Assembly: GCA_038087875.1 (NCBI GenBank)
Contig: CM075988.1
Coordinates: 2,666,001 to 2,730,000, forward strand
Source: Malacoraja senta
Taxonomy: Eukaryota
Direction of reading: 5' to 3'
Length of the DNA: 64,000 bases
The notes beneath the pieces are model-generated. The model was not told where the DNA came from and did not search any database. It saw nothing but the letters and a program-made list of their open reading frames with translations. Positions 48,541 through 61,499 of this stretch are shown here, piece by piece; positions within the stretch are counted from its first letter, which is position 1, and the number at the start of each line of letters is the position of its first letter. Position numbers and translations under genes: made by a program.

Positions 48541-50836
48541 CATAGCCTTCACATCTTTCACAGAGCCCCAAGTAGGGGCTCTACACCTCGTTCTGTAGCC
48601 TGTTGGCTTCACTCTGTTGGCTTCACGCTCGGATCTTGTGCAGGAGGACCTGACCTGGTTTGGGAATATGTTTGAGAGCAGGCAGTAAGCCTTTGGAGCA
48701 GTGTTCCTCACGGAGGAGCTGTCACCCAAGGTTAGGGCAGGCTTGGATGGAATTTCCAAACTGGCAGATGACAATTACTACAGGGGTGGGAGATTGCAAC
48801 CTTCCCTGTTCCGACGAATGCAATCAACCTGACGTGCACAATCAAGTAAGTACAATTACTACTACGCTCCCTTTCAATCCAATCTTGATTACTATAGGAC
48901 ACCTTATCAAATGCCTTCTGGAACCTCGTGAGCACCACATCAACCCCATTCCCCTCATCCATATTTCTGTTACTTCTTCCAAAAGAATAAATCAAATTTA
49001 GTAGACATGAATTGCTTTTAACTTCTAGAGTTATAGTAATACAGCATAGAAACAGGTCATTCGGCTGATCAAGATGCCCCATCTACGCTAGTCCCACCTG
49101 CCAGTGTTTGGCCCATATCCCTCTCAACCTTTATCTTGCATGATCTGTTTATTTACTACCAACACATCATTCAATAATGTCATTGACAGTAAATCCTTTT
49201 CAACGTAGTTTTAATCAGAAATCTTAAAGAAAGATATGACCATTCTTCATCGATCGTACCTCAGAGCAGTCTGATTTGAAGCACTTCCCCACATTTAACC
49301 ATTCACTAAAGAATCAAGCACTTCCTTCTGTGACGGGTGTCAGAGGTTATGGGGAGAAGGCAAGATAATAGGGGTTGGAGGGAGAAATAGATCAGCCATG
49401 ATTGAATGGCAGAGTAGACTTGATGGGCCGAATGGCCTAATTCTACGCCTATCACTTATGATCTTATGACTACAGCTTAATCCAATTGAAGACACAAAGT
49501 GCTGGAGTAACTCAGTGTGCCAGGATTATATCATATCCATGCTGACTTTCTCTAATTGCCCCGTGTTGGTACAAGCGACTGCTAATTCTGTTCTGATTAT
49601 TTCTTTCTCCACTTTAGGGATAATCTGACTGGGTTGATCGTTACACCCTTTGTTGAATAAGGGTGCAACAGTGCAATGTTCCAGTCCTGGGCTATCACTC
49701 CTGAATTTATGGGTGTTCAGGATAATTTGGTCAGAACCACTGCCATTTCTTCCCTTGCTCCTCTCAGCAGTGTAGGACACATCCCATCCAGACTGGACAC
49801 GTCCATTCTAAGTGCTCCTGGACTAGCCTTTCTAATGGAACCTATTGGTTTTAAATGATGTGGGATCTCAGCTGCCTCTTCCTTTGCTTTGACCCCAGCA
49901 ACATCTGTGGTGGACACCACGTTGAAATCTCTAATGAAGGGTGCAATGCGAACACTGTGAAAAGAATAATGGAACTGAGCAGAGATAGACACAAAATGCT
50001 GGAGCAATTCAGTGGGTCAGGCAGCATCTCTGGAGAACATGGATAGGTGCCGTTTTGGGTCGTGATTGTAGCAAGGAGAGTGGGGTATACCCATGCCTGG
50101 AGTGAGGTGAGGGGGTCCAAGGCCTCCAGCAGACTGAGGACTCGCTCATCGAGGATGAAGGACCTGCCCGGTAGTCCCGGCTCGCCGACCGCAGACTCCG
50201 ACTCGGCCCGGAGACACCGGCGTCGACATGACCCGTGCCGCGGAGAGCGAGGAAGGACATCTGAGCAACCAGCGAGAGCGAGAAAGGCCATCGGTGAATG
50301 AAGGGGGACCTGGTGGCGGGGGGAGCTGCCGAGAACAAAGTGGGACTGGCGAGGGAGGGGGGAGGGAGGCTTGCAGTCATGTGCAGCGGCAGGCAGTAGA
50401 GAGGACTGTTCCGTGAACTTTTGTAACTTTGTCAGTGCCAAAACGTGCCGACTCTTGTGTACCGCCTCGGTGAGGTCTGCTGTTTTATTTTACTGGGTTG
50501 TATGCAAAACAAAGCAGTTCACTGTACCAAGACACATGTGACAATAAAGTATCATTGAATCAAATCATTGAATCATTGAAAAATACTGGAAGCGTAAAAT
50601 CAGCATCTGCAGTTTTTTCTCACAATTGGATTGAGCCGACTCAGTGTGAAACATATTTGACTAATATACTGATGTTCTTTGAGGATGTGACTGACAGAAT
50701 AGATAGGGAGGAGCCAGTGAATCTGCTGTAGATAGTTATATAGCATGGAAACAGGCCTTTAAGCCCAACTCATCCATGTTGACCAAATGTTGTTATTGGA
50801 CCTGACACAACCATTTCTTTCGGCGGCTCTTTAGTC

Positions 50837-51318
50837 TTTAGACTTTAGAGATATAGCGTGGAAACAGGCAGTTTGGCCCACCGAATCTGCGCTGACCAGC
50901 AATCATTCCATACACTGGGGTCAAGGAAGGAGTGTTCATGTCACGGCCCTGTTTCCACCAATCTTTCCACCACCACGCACAAGAAGCACAAGAAGCACAA
51001 GACAGACACCATTGTATGCAGATGCCGAGAAGTGTGTCCAGCTTTGGCTGAACAACTTGTAATCTTGTGTGTGGACTCAATAAGAAGAAGATCCCATACA
51101 CTAGTGCTCTCATACACACTAGGAACAATTTACAAATTACAGAAGCCAATTAATCTACAAACCTGTACATCTTTGGAGTGCGGGAGGAAACTGGAGCACC
51201 TGGGGAAAACCCACGCGGTCACAGGGACAACATACAAACTCCGTACAGAGAGCACCCGTAATCAGAATCAAACCCGGGTCTCTGGTGCTGTGAGCCAGCA
51301 ACTCTACCGCCGCGCCAC
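50837..51318 (-). mobile_element. V-SINE interrupted by a 177-bp insertion
   Basis: Tail at 50837-50916, body at 51094-51318. Confidence 0.85.
50917..51093 (+). mobile_element. Short retroposed fragment with (AAG)n tail, probably an RTE-clade LINE 3' end
   Basis: 9-bp TSD CCATACACT at 50908-50916 and 51094-51102; ends TAAGAAGAAGA. Confidence 0.6.
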
Positions 51319-53204
51319 TAAGTCTGTTCTATATACCCACTACCGCTTTTATCCCCTCTCATCTTAAACCTATGCTAGTTCTTGATTCCCCTACCCAGGA
51401 TAAAATATTATATGCATTCACAGTGCATATTCACAGCGCTGGTAGGACTGCTGCCTCACAGCACCAGAGAGCATCAGATGTTGTCTGTGTGGAGTTTGCA
51501 TGTTCTCCCTGTGTGGATGTCCTCCAGGTGCTCTGGTTGCCCCCACATCCCAAAGATGTGCAGGTTTGTAGGTTCATCTGCATCTGCAAAATGCCAATTG
51601 TACGTTGTAAATTCTCACTTGTACATTGAAGGCCATGTGTCGTACTTACATGGTCCAGTTCATGCCTGTGACAGTGGAAGTGGCACATTGATGTTAGCCG
51701 CTCCTGTGTCAATAGACCCAGAAATGTCTGGTGTGGTTTCAAGTTGGCGTCTGTTCCACACGGGAATGAGAGCTGACACTATCTGCCTTACAATGGCAGT
51801 TCTGCAAAAAAAAAACTGATATTAAAAATATCCAGTTTCTGGGGACTCTTGACTTTTAATGACTATAAATCTCTTGAGCTGAAGCCATCTGGTCTTGTCT
51901 CGTTTGCTCCTGTATGAACAATAAATCCATATAATATCCAAGAGGTAATAATCCAGATTGAAATTGCCAGAATGTTTCAAAACTGAAATGGAAAGATTGA
52001 AGTGTTGCCTTTCCAGTGTCTGTGCTTTAATTTAAGGACTTTAAAATCATCTCTTTCATCCTGCAAACCAATATTCCTTCCTAGATAGTACCAGAGAAGG
52101 GATGTAATTAAGCTGTCAGCTGCAAACGCTTCAGAAATATCTGCTATCTGCCATCGCAGAATGATAGAAATGTACAGCACAGACACTGGCCCTTTGGCCC
52201 ACTTCCTCCATGCTGACCACAATTTACATCTATGCTAATAAAGAGCGAGGGGGGGAAGAACAATGGAAATGGGGACCCGGCGTGGGGGGGGGGGGGGACG
52301 CTGTGGGGGAGGGGGGGTGGGGAGAACAAAGGAGGAGCCGGCGTACTTTGTAACTTTGTCAGCAACTTAGATGGCCGCTATTTGTATACATTGGGAATGC
52401 AAGCAAAGAATTTCACTGTGCCTAGTCACAAGTGACAATAAAGTAATGTATTCCATCCCATTCCATCCTATTTGCCTGCATCTGGTCCATATTCCTCAAT
52501 GCCCCTCAGTTTTAAAAATGGCTTGGCATCATGTTTGGCACAGACTTTGTGGGCCGAGGGGCCACAATGTGTGCTGTACTGTTCTATGTTCTATGCTGCC
52601 TGTATAATGATGAGATTGCAATGGAATCATTGGACAGTGAATGTATCGCAGTCCCTACACACCCCCACCTCCCCCCACACCACTAATCGTAACCACTAGT
52701 CAGTAGTGTTTCCTTTGTCACACATACAACTACTGCACAGTGAAATTATTTTTGCATATATTACACATGTGGGCTCCAACATTATTGGTGCCATCATTCA
52801 AAGTCCAAAGTCCAGTCGGCTTGTGTGCTCGATGTGCTGGAGCAGTTCCCGCGAACCGACGTCCCTCTCCTCTGCTCGTCCGGCCATCTTTGTGTGCTGG
52901 GGGCGCCTCCTGCAGCCGACCATGAAGGTGCTGGTTCACCCTCCTACCGGCCTGCGCTCCTGACGGTTGACGTCTCCAGCTCCCTCCCGGTTGCGCCATC
53001 TTCCAAGCCTTCAAGCGGGTTTCCGATCCTGTCAACTGCTGAGCCCTCGGGCGAGCTCCCGCGAGCCTTTTAGCGAGTTCGGGTCCCACCGGAGACCACG
53101 GCAGGCGGGCCGGGCCTACTGAGGTCGGTCTGCTGTGGGTGAGTCAGGCTGATTGCCAGTCGCTGCAGCAGAGTGGCAACATGACTTCATGACTCTTGAT
53201 TCTG

Positions 53205-53590
53205 GTTAGTTTTGTTTATTGTCATGTGTATCGAGGTACAGTGAAAAGTTTTTGTTGCGTGCTATCCAGTCGGCAGTCACTGGTCCTGAACCTGGAGGTG
53301 TGTGTTTTCACACTTCTGTACCTTGTGTCTGATGGGAGAGGGGAGAAGAGGGAGTGGCCAGGGTGCGACTTGTCCTTGATTATGCTGCTGGCCTTGCTGA
53401 GGCAGTGTGAGGTAACAGAAGGGAGGTTGGTTTGTGTGATGGTCAGGGCTGCGTCCACAATTCGCTGCATTTTTGTGTGCTCTCGGATGGAGATGTTCAC
53501 CAACCAAGCTGTGATGCATCCTGATAAAATGCTTTCCATGGTGCATCTCCAGCAGTTGGTGAGAGTTGTAGGGGCCATGTCAAGCTTCGT
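53205..53590 (-). mobile_element. Rex1/Babar LINE 3' fragment
   Basis: LTNCWRCTMESILSGCITAW..SIIKDKSHPGHSLFSPLPS. Confidence 0.85.
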
Positions 53591-54949
53591 TATGTTAAGT
53601 CAAGTTAAGTAACAAGTTTACATGTCAGGTCGGGGGGAGTTCCCCCTGCCACTGGTACCATGTAATCCCGTGCTACCTGCTCCATGGTCGGATAGTCGGC
53701 GACTAAATCGTCTCCCCCACCTGGTGTGCCAGGTGCGGAGGGGGGCTGTGGACCCCCAGCAGGACCAAAAACAAGACCAGTCAAAAGGGCGGATGAGCTT
53801 CTAGCGAGCCAACAGCCATCCACACTTCAGTAGAAGTTGCGATTACTGTCGTACATAGCATGGTAAGGAATGATGATAAAGCACACAAACCAAAATCCTA
53901 TACTTCCAGCAGCGGAAGTCTGCAGGAACTGGAGGGCAGAGATGTGTGGTGCGTCCGTCACTGTTCCCGTCAGAAACCAGCACCACTGCGACGCCAATGT
54001 TTTCAACGATGATGAATGAAGTTAAGTAAAGCTAATTAGTTGGGATGACGTTACAGCTGTACAACACAGGGGTGAAACTGAAGGATATGATTAAGCTCAT
54101 GACTATGCAGAAAAGTTTCACAGATTTAGCTAGGACTGAAGGGCTTGAGTTATAATGAGAGACTGGATAGGCTGGGACACATTTCCCTGGAATGAGATGT
54201 GGTGTGGGTGAATTTTTAGAAGTTTATAAAATCATGAGGGGTATAGATAAGTTAGATGGTCACAGTCTTTTATCAAGGGTATGGAGTCTGAAACAATAGG
54301 GCATAGATTTAAGGTGACAGAAGAAAGATTTAAAGGGGACCCTAGGGGTAGGGTTTTTATGCATTGGTTGGTGTGTATGCGGGGCGAGATACCAGAGGAA
54401 GTGGGTAGGGGAAAGGTACAAGTGCAAAGTTTGAAAGACATTTGGACAGGATCATCGATGGGAAAGGTTGAGTGGAATATGGGCAAATGTAGGTAGTAAG
54501 GAAGACACCTTGGTCAGCAGGAACGGGTTGGACCGAAGGGCCTCTTTCTGTGCTCTATAACTACATTCTATTGACAACACTGATGTAGAGACCATCCTTA
54601 CCAATTCTGGAGATGTTTGTGTAGATTACAGAGAAAATAATTGAAGTTTGTCCAACCTCTCCTGGTAGCTAATACCCACTAATCCAGCCAGCATTCTCGT
54701 AAACTGTAGACAAAATAAACCACAGATGCCGGCTCTCAAAAAGAGACATAAAGTGCCTGGGCAACTCAGCAGGTCAAGCAGAATCTCTGGGGAACGTGGA
54801 TAGGTGATGCTTTGGGTCGGGCCCCTTTTTCAACTTTCTGATAAACCTCTTTTGCCCCAAAGCCTCGACATCCTTCCTGCAATGGGGTGACCAGAACTGC
54901 ACACTTTACTCCAAATGTGGCCTGATGGCCTGACCCTTAACACTGGTGT

Positions 54950-56540
54950 ATAGAAGGATCTTGGAATCTAAGTCCGCAGCTCACTAAAGATGTTAACACA
55001 AGTAGATAGGGTGATTAAGAAGGCATATGGTATGCTTGCCTTCATTGCTAGGGGCATTGAGCCTAAGGGTTAGAAAGTAATCATGCAGCTCTATAGGACC
55101 TTGGTTAGGCCGCAATGGGAATATAATATGCAGTTCTGGTTGCCCATTACATGAAAGATGTGGAAGCTTTGGAGAGGGTGCAGAGAAGGTTTACCAGAAT
55201 GCTGCTGGATTGAAGGGTTTCTACTGCAGGGATAGGTTGGAGAGGCTTGGCTTGCTTTCTCTGGAATGTCGGAGGTTAAGGAGAGACTTGATAGAAGTAT
55301 ATAAAATGATGAGAGGCATAGACAGTGTAAACAGCCGGAAGTGGCGGTGCTGTCGTACAGCTGCGGCTCGCCTGCAGTCCGTCTGTTTTTACTTTTTTTG
55401 TTGTTTTCTTTTGTCCTGTTTTAGTTAAATTTTAGTTTATTGGGTTGTGTATGTGTGGGGTGGGTGGGTGAAACATGATTTTTGTCTCTTCCTTCGGGGG
55501 AATGCGACTTTTTCTTGTCGTATCCCCCTTCTCTGCCTCCGTCTGCGCCGAGGCCTAATGGCGGAGCTGCCGGCCTCCAACTCCAAGTGCGACCGACCGA
55601 CCTCGAGGCTCCGGAGGCAGAGCCAGGACTTACCAGCGCGGGGCTGGCCTGCTTCTGGGCTGCGGTGGCGTTCCGGTGGTGGCGACCGAGGACACTGGTG
55701 GCGACCTGAATCCGGAGGCTCGGCCGCGGGCCCGGTGGACGACATCGTCGGGAGCTCGCAGGTCACAGGTGGGTGACCAGTTTTCTGGAGCTCCCGCAAC
55801 TACAGCTGCGTCCGCTGGACTGGAGGGCGGCAGCTTCGGCAGCTTCGGCCACCCCGGGCCGCGGAGTTTGAACCGGCCCGTCACGGAGCTCGGATTCAGC
55901 CGCGGGATTGACTTACCATCACCCGGCGGGGTCACAACATCAGAAGCCTGGATCGCCTCAGCGCAGAGGAAGAACGAAGCGGGAAGAGACAGAGACTTTA
56001 AGACTTTTGCCTCCATCACAGTGAGGAGGTGCCTGGTGAACTCACTGTGGTGGATGTTAATTTGTGTTTATTGTGTTTTTTGTTATTTATTATTATATGT
56101 ATGACTGCAGGCAATGAAATTTCGTTCAGACCGAAAGGTCTGAATGACAAATAAAGGAATCTCTAATCTCTAATCTCTAATCTCTAATCTCTAAATCAGC
56201 CAGAACCGTTTTCCCAGATTGGAAATGTCCAACACTAGAGGGCAGAGCTATAATGTGAGCGAGGGAACGTTTCGTGGAGATGTGCAGGGCAAGTGTTTTT
56301 ACAGAGTGGTGGGGGCCTGGAACGCATTGCCTGGGGTGGTGGTGGGGGCCTGGAACGCATTGCCTGGGATGGTGGTGGAGGCGGATATGATAGTGGCGTT
56401 TAGTAGGTGTAAGGAAATCCAGGGAATAGTGGGATATGGATCATGTGTAGGCAGGGAAGATCAGTTCGGCTTGGCATCACGTTCGGCATCAACATTGTGG
56501 GCCAAGGGGCCCGTTTCTGTGCTGTACTGTTATATGTTCT
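54950..56540 (+). mobile_element. Older CR1 3' fragment interrupted by 55337-56194
   Basis: LERLGLLSLECRRLRRDLIEVYKMMRG before the insertion; SNTRGQS..RVVGAWNALP after it. Confidence 0.8.
55337..56194 (+). mobile_element. About 850-bp CpG-rich non-autonomous retroposon (copy 2) with (CTCTAAT)n tail
   Basis: Highly similar to 15638-16430; CAGCC on both flanks is a possible TSD. Confidence 0.88.
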
Positions 56541-56679
56541 ATGCATCCAGTCCAATAAAGCTGCAAAATGACTTCCTTACACTTATATTCGAAGCCTCAT
56601 AACAATTTTGCCATACATTAGTACATTTTCAAATGCATGCAGATATTTAAAATCTTCATAAAATACTGCATGTAAAATA

Positions 56680-57010
56680 GGGCTGCACAGTGGTGCAGCG
56701 GTAGAGTTGCTGCCTTACAGCGTCAGAGACCCAGGTTCGATCCTGACTATTGGTGATGTCTGTACGGAGTTTGTATGTTCTTCTCGTCACCTGTGTTTGT
56801 TTTCTCCGGGTGCTCTGGTTTCCTCCCACACTCCAAAAGATGCATAGGTTTGTAGGTTGATTGGCTTTGGTAAAATTGTAAATTGTCCCTATTGTGTGTA
56901 GGATGGTGTTAGCATATGGAGATCGCTGGATGGCGCAGACTCGCTGGGCCGAAGGGTCTATTTGCATGTTTTATCTTTAAACTAAACAAAACTAAAGTTT
57001 AAACTAAACT
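56680..57010 (+). mobile_element. V-SINE (HE1-like)
   Basis: A box TGGTGCAGCGG, B box GGTTCGATCC, (CTAAA)n tail. Confidence 0.88.
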
Positions 57011-57564
57011 TGGGCATAAGATGCTAACTGATGAATTTGAGTTCAAACATGGTTCAGATTCAAATCCTCCTCATTCTGCTCGCTGTGTGCATCTGGCATG
57101 AAATTAGATTATGCCGTCACCATTTTTTATCCATCACAAAAAAAAGAAACTGCTCATATTTTGTTTCAGGTGACGTTAATTTGTGAGACTCTGTGAGGGC
57201 GGCAAAAAGAGATGTCACACTGTTGGGGTCAATTGGTCTCATTATTCAACCAGGCTGCGGGGAATTTCCGCTCGGTGTAAACATGCTAGAAAGCAGTTTA
57301 CTCTCCATGAAATGACCAACATTTAACATCCTCTGCCTGTTCCAAAAACGAGGCGGATGGATGATTTGATTTGGAACAATTATTGCCGATTTGTGTGCAG
57401 AAACAGCAGGCCATGTACAGGTACGTGACTACGGTAATACAGCAACTATAGACTGGGAATTAATATTGCCATGTTCCCCTGTGGTGATGCCAATTTTAAT
57501 TCCTGGCCAATTATAGTAATTGCATCCTTGTTTAAGGCCTGCAGAGTACAAAGGAGAAATCAGT

Positions 57565-57996
57565 GATAGACACAAAAACCTGGAGTAATTCAGCAGGACA
57601 CATGGCAGCATCTCCGGAGAAAAGGAATGGGTGATGTTTCGGGTTGAGACCCTTCTTCAGTGTTGGCAATGAAGAATAGAATGGATATTAAAAAGGGAGT
57701 GCAGTTGTTCAATCTGGGAAACAAGGCAGATACTGGAAACATGAGATACAATTACAGATAGTAAATGTGTAAATTAAAAAGGGTGCCATTTCTGAGGTTG
57801 AGATGCAAGGAACTGCAAATGATGATCTCCAAAAATAACACAGAGCTGGAGTAACTCAGCAGTTTAGGCAGCATATCTGGAATTCATAGATAGGTGATAT
57901 TTTAAGTCGGGTCCTAAGAAGGGTTCTGACTGGAAATGTCATCTATCAACATCTTCCAGAGATCTGCTTGACCTGCTGAGTTACTCCAGCACTCTG
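57565..57996. mobile_element. Two Penelope-tail derivatives: single arm at 57565-57661, palindrome at about 57805-57996
   Basis: Minus strand 57630-57660 reads CTGAAGAAGGGTCTCAACCCGAAACATCAC; the second element has inverted arms. Confidence 0.75.
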
Positions 57997-58984
57997 GGCT
58001 TTCTTTATTTCCCAATTAAATCTGTTTCTGTTTCATTGGAAGAGTTTATCTTCCAGAAGCAATGTCTTACTAACAAGCCTGAAACTTCAAAGGAGACGGT
58101 GCATTTGGATTGCAATTTGCAAAGAGGCCTGTGATATGCACTCCTCACACAACACAGCTCCCGTCCCTGCCTGCCTGAACTGCCTGCCACCACAACACAG
58201 GGACATAGATAAGGGGCTCATTTGCAGCAGAGCTGAGTGCAGTGGAAACTGACACGAGATTATTTAGTATTATCACAAAATGGAAATAGAATGAATGAAA
58301 TTCCCCTCCACTTGTCAGATGACATTTCCAAGGTTGAGGCTGACAGTTAGAACATGAAGATTGGTATCGATGGCTCAGAACAAAACCAGGTAAGTGGAAT
58401 TATGAAGCAGGATATTTGTAGGAAGGAACTGCAGATGCTGTTTTGATTTGTTCTTCTTCTTGCTCTAGAGCTTTTTCCAAATTATACTTTATGGCTCCAA
58501 GAAGTCAGTGGTGTTCACATAGTGATTGTTCAGTCGGACATGGCTGAGTCCGTGGATACAACCAGCCGCATCCTTTGTCATGACACCACTCTCAACTGTC
58601 TGAGCAAACCTCATGAGTTCTTGATTTTACTCCAGCTTTTTGTGTCTATCTAAGAAGCAAGCTAGCTTGATTGGACTTGTGGGAGATGCTCCCAGTCCCA
58701 TCCCTCTACAGTCAGCCTGCTGGCTGATTTGGACCCACTGGGTTGTATGAGGGGATTGAGACACACCATAATCAAAGGGAACTAAAGGTCAGAACAACAC
58801 TGAAAATAAAAGATCATTTTCATTTTTATTAGATAATGAAAATCTGGGGGGATTGTTTGGGTGCTTAATCTGCGATTGGACAGGATACAGCGGGAAATAC
58901 TTTATTCACACAAGGTCAAGGGACATTACAACCAGTGACCTGCATGTGATGTGTGGCATGGCCCGGATGGTTGGGATTATAAGG

Positions 58985-59297
58985 TCACAAGGTCATACAT
59001 GATAGGAGCAAAATTAGGCCATTTGGCCCATCAAGTCTGCCATTCAATCATGGCTGATCTATCTCTCCCTCCTAACCCCATTCTCCTGCCTTCTCCCCAT
59101 AGCTTCTGACACGCGTACTAATCAAGAATCTATCTCTGCCTTAAAAAATATCCATTAACTTGGCCTCCACAGCCTTCTGTGGCAAAGAATTCCACTGATT
59201 CACCACCCTCTGACTAAAGAAATTGCTCCTCATCTCCTTCCTAAAGGAACATCCTTTAATTCTGAGCCTATTACCTCTGGTCCTAGACTCTCCCACT
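58985..59297 (-). mobile_element. CR1 LINE 3' end
   Basis: ESRTRGNRLRIKG..FFSQRVVNQWNSLP plus tail. Confidence 0.88.
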
Positions 59298-60021
59298 GAT
59301 GATAGATGATGATAGATGCCGTCATCTTGTGGCAGCATTTTCCTGATATCACGATGAAGTGTGTAATGTTGGAAGGCAGCGAGCACACACCCAACCTGCA
59401 CGCACGACAAAGTGATGATGAGAAATAACTGGTCCATCAGTGATGGTGGCTGAGGGGCGATTATTGGTCAGGATGGCAGCAAGTACTCATCTCCACTCCT
59501 TAACTGAACACTACAGCACCCTGTATATGTACCTCGGCCCTCTCTTACCCAAAGGTGTAGTCTTGATCTTCCAACCTACCTCATTGTGGACCTTGCACTT
59601 TAAAAAAAATATTTTCACTAACTGCAATGTGGTAACACAATATTCTGCACTCTGGTATTTTTGCTCTATGCACTACTTTTGTACTTGTGCTTTGCTTGAT
59701 TGTACGTATGTATAGTATGATATAACTGAATATAAAGTGTTTCACTGTATCTGGGTACAGGGGACAATAATAAATAAATAAAATTAAGTATGGCAGGCAA
59801 TGAAAATCGGTTGCAGGAGCACTACAGGCACATAGTCTCAGACACACTCAAAAAACATGTGCACAAATTGCACAGAAATTCTACAAGTGTAAAAAAAGCC
59901 TGCAAAGAAAGGCCTTTAGTGCAAAGATATACAATTAGTACACGTTCAAGGTGGTGCAAGAGTTGGTCTGTAGTGTTCCATTGCTCAGGTGGCATTTGGG
60001 TTGTGTGGGTCGGTTCAAGTA

Positions 60022-60335
60022 TGGCACGGTGGCACAGCAGTAGAGTTGCTGCCTTACAGCGCCAGAGACCCGGGTTTGATCCTAACTACGGATGCCGTCT
60101 GCACGGAGTTTGTACGTTCTCCCCTTGACCTGCGTGAGTTTTTTCCAAGATCTTCGGTTTTTCTACCACACTACAAAGACGTACAGGTTTGTAGGTTAAT
60201 TGGCTTGGTATAAATGTAAATTGTATTATTATTATTATTACAGTGTGTGTAGGATAGCATTGCAGGGATCGCTGGTCGGTGCGATTTCGGTGGGGCGAAG
60301 GACCTGTTTCCGCACTGTATCTCTAAACAAAACGA
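60022..60335 (+). mobile_element. V-SINE (HE1-like)
   Basis: Full head, core and tail. Confidence 0.87.
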
Positions 60336-60856
60336 AAAAAAAACCTAAACCTGGGTGTAGGAAGGAAGCTGTTCCTGAAGCTGATGGTGAAGGACCTCAA
60401 GCTTCTGTATCTCCTGCTCGATGGAAGCAATGGGAAGAGGGGGTAGTGGGGATCCCTGATAATATATATTGCCTTCTTGAGGCAGCATCTTCCTGAGACC
60501 ACAATGACGTGTGAAGCTGGGAGAGTGTTGGTTTGGATCCTGGGAGTGGAGGCATCAGCATTGTTGTTCCAGGTGTGGAATAGTGCAGCCCGCTCCAGTA
60601 GGATGCTGCAACTCAGGCTGGCCATCAGTGGCCAACTCAGCAGTGACCAAGCTGAAGTCTGAGCTTCAGGCACCACTGTAGCACCAGCCCCATTGGCCAT
60701 GCTTGTGGCTGTTCATAAGTTCATAAGTTCCGGGAGCAGAATTAGGCCATTCGGCCCATCGTCTACTCTGCCATTAAATCATGACTGATCTTTCTTTCTC
60801 TCTCAAACCCATTCTCCTGCTTTCTCCCCATAATCCCTGACACCCTTACTAAGTGT

Positions 60857-61187
60857 GGCACGGTCTGGCCATCCGCGAGTCACGGCGCCAGGCGGAAGAG
60901 GGCTCTGCCCGAGCCGGCTGCCTGCCCCTTTTCCGGGGATACATCCGCGCCCGGTGGGGTTAGAAAGGGAATATGCCCTGTCCACGGGCACCATGTGGGA
61001 TTTCCTGGACTGCTGAGCACCGCAGAGGGTTGAATGCATCCTCAATAAGGATTGTAACATAGCTGTATAGTAGTTTATTTTGGTTATTTGTTTGTATTGT
61101 ATTATGGTGGTGGGTTCTGGTTTGTTTTATTGTAGTGTAAATATTATTGTTTAATAATTGAATACAATTTTTGATAAATTAAAAAAA
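60857..61187 (+). mobile_element. Tx1-like LINE 3' fragment
   Basis: CCTGCCCCTTTTCCGGGG..CCGCGCCCG homologous to minus-strand 40520-40700; ends in an A-tail. Confidence 0.65.
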
Positions 61188-61190
61188 GAG

Positions 61191-61499
61191 TGGCACAGTG
61201 GCAAAGTGTTAGAGTTGCTGCCTTACAGCGCCAGACACTTGGGTTTGATCCTGACAACAGGTATTGTCCGCACAGTGTTTGCATGTTCTCCTCGTGGCCT
61301 ATGTTGGTTTTCTCCGGAACCTCCGGTTTCCTCCCACACTCCAAAGATGTACAGGTTTGTAGGCTAATTGGCTTGGTATAATTGTAAATTGTCCCAAGTG
61401 TGTGTAGGATACTGTAAGTGTGCAGGGATCGCTGGTTGGCGCGGACTCGGTGGGCGGAAGGGCCTGTTTCCGCGCTGTATCTCCACACTAAACTAAACT
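61191..61499 (+). mobile_element. V-SINE (HE1-like)
   Basis: Full head, core and tail. Confidence 0.87.

Noticed and set aside
56680..56750. tRNA genes at SINE heads
   Set aside because: A/B boxes are present but continue into the SINE core and tail; no convincing cloverleaf
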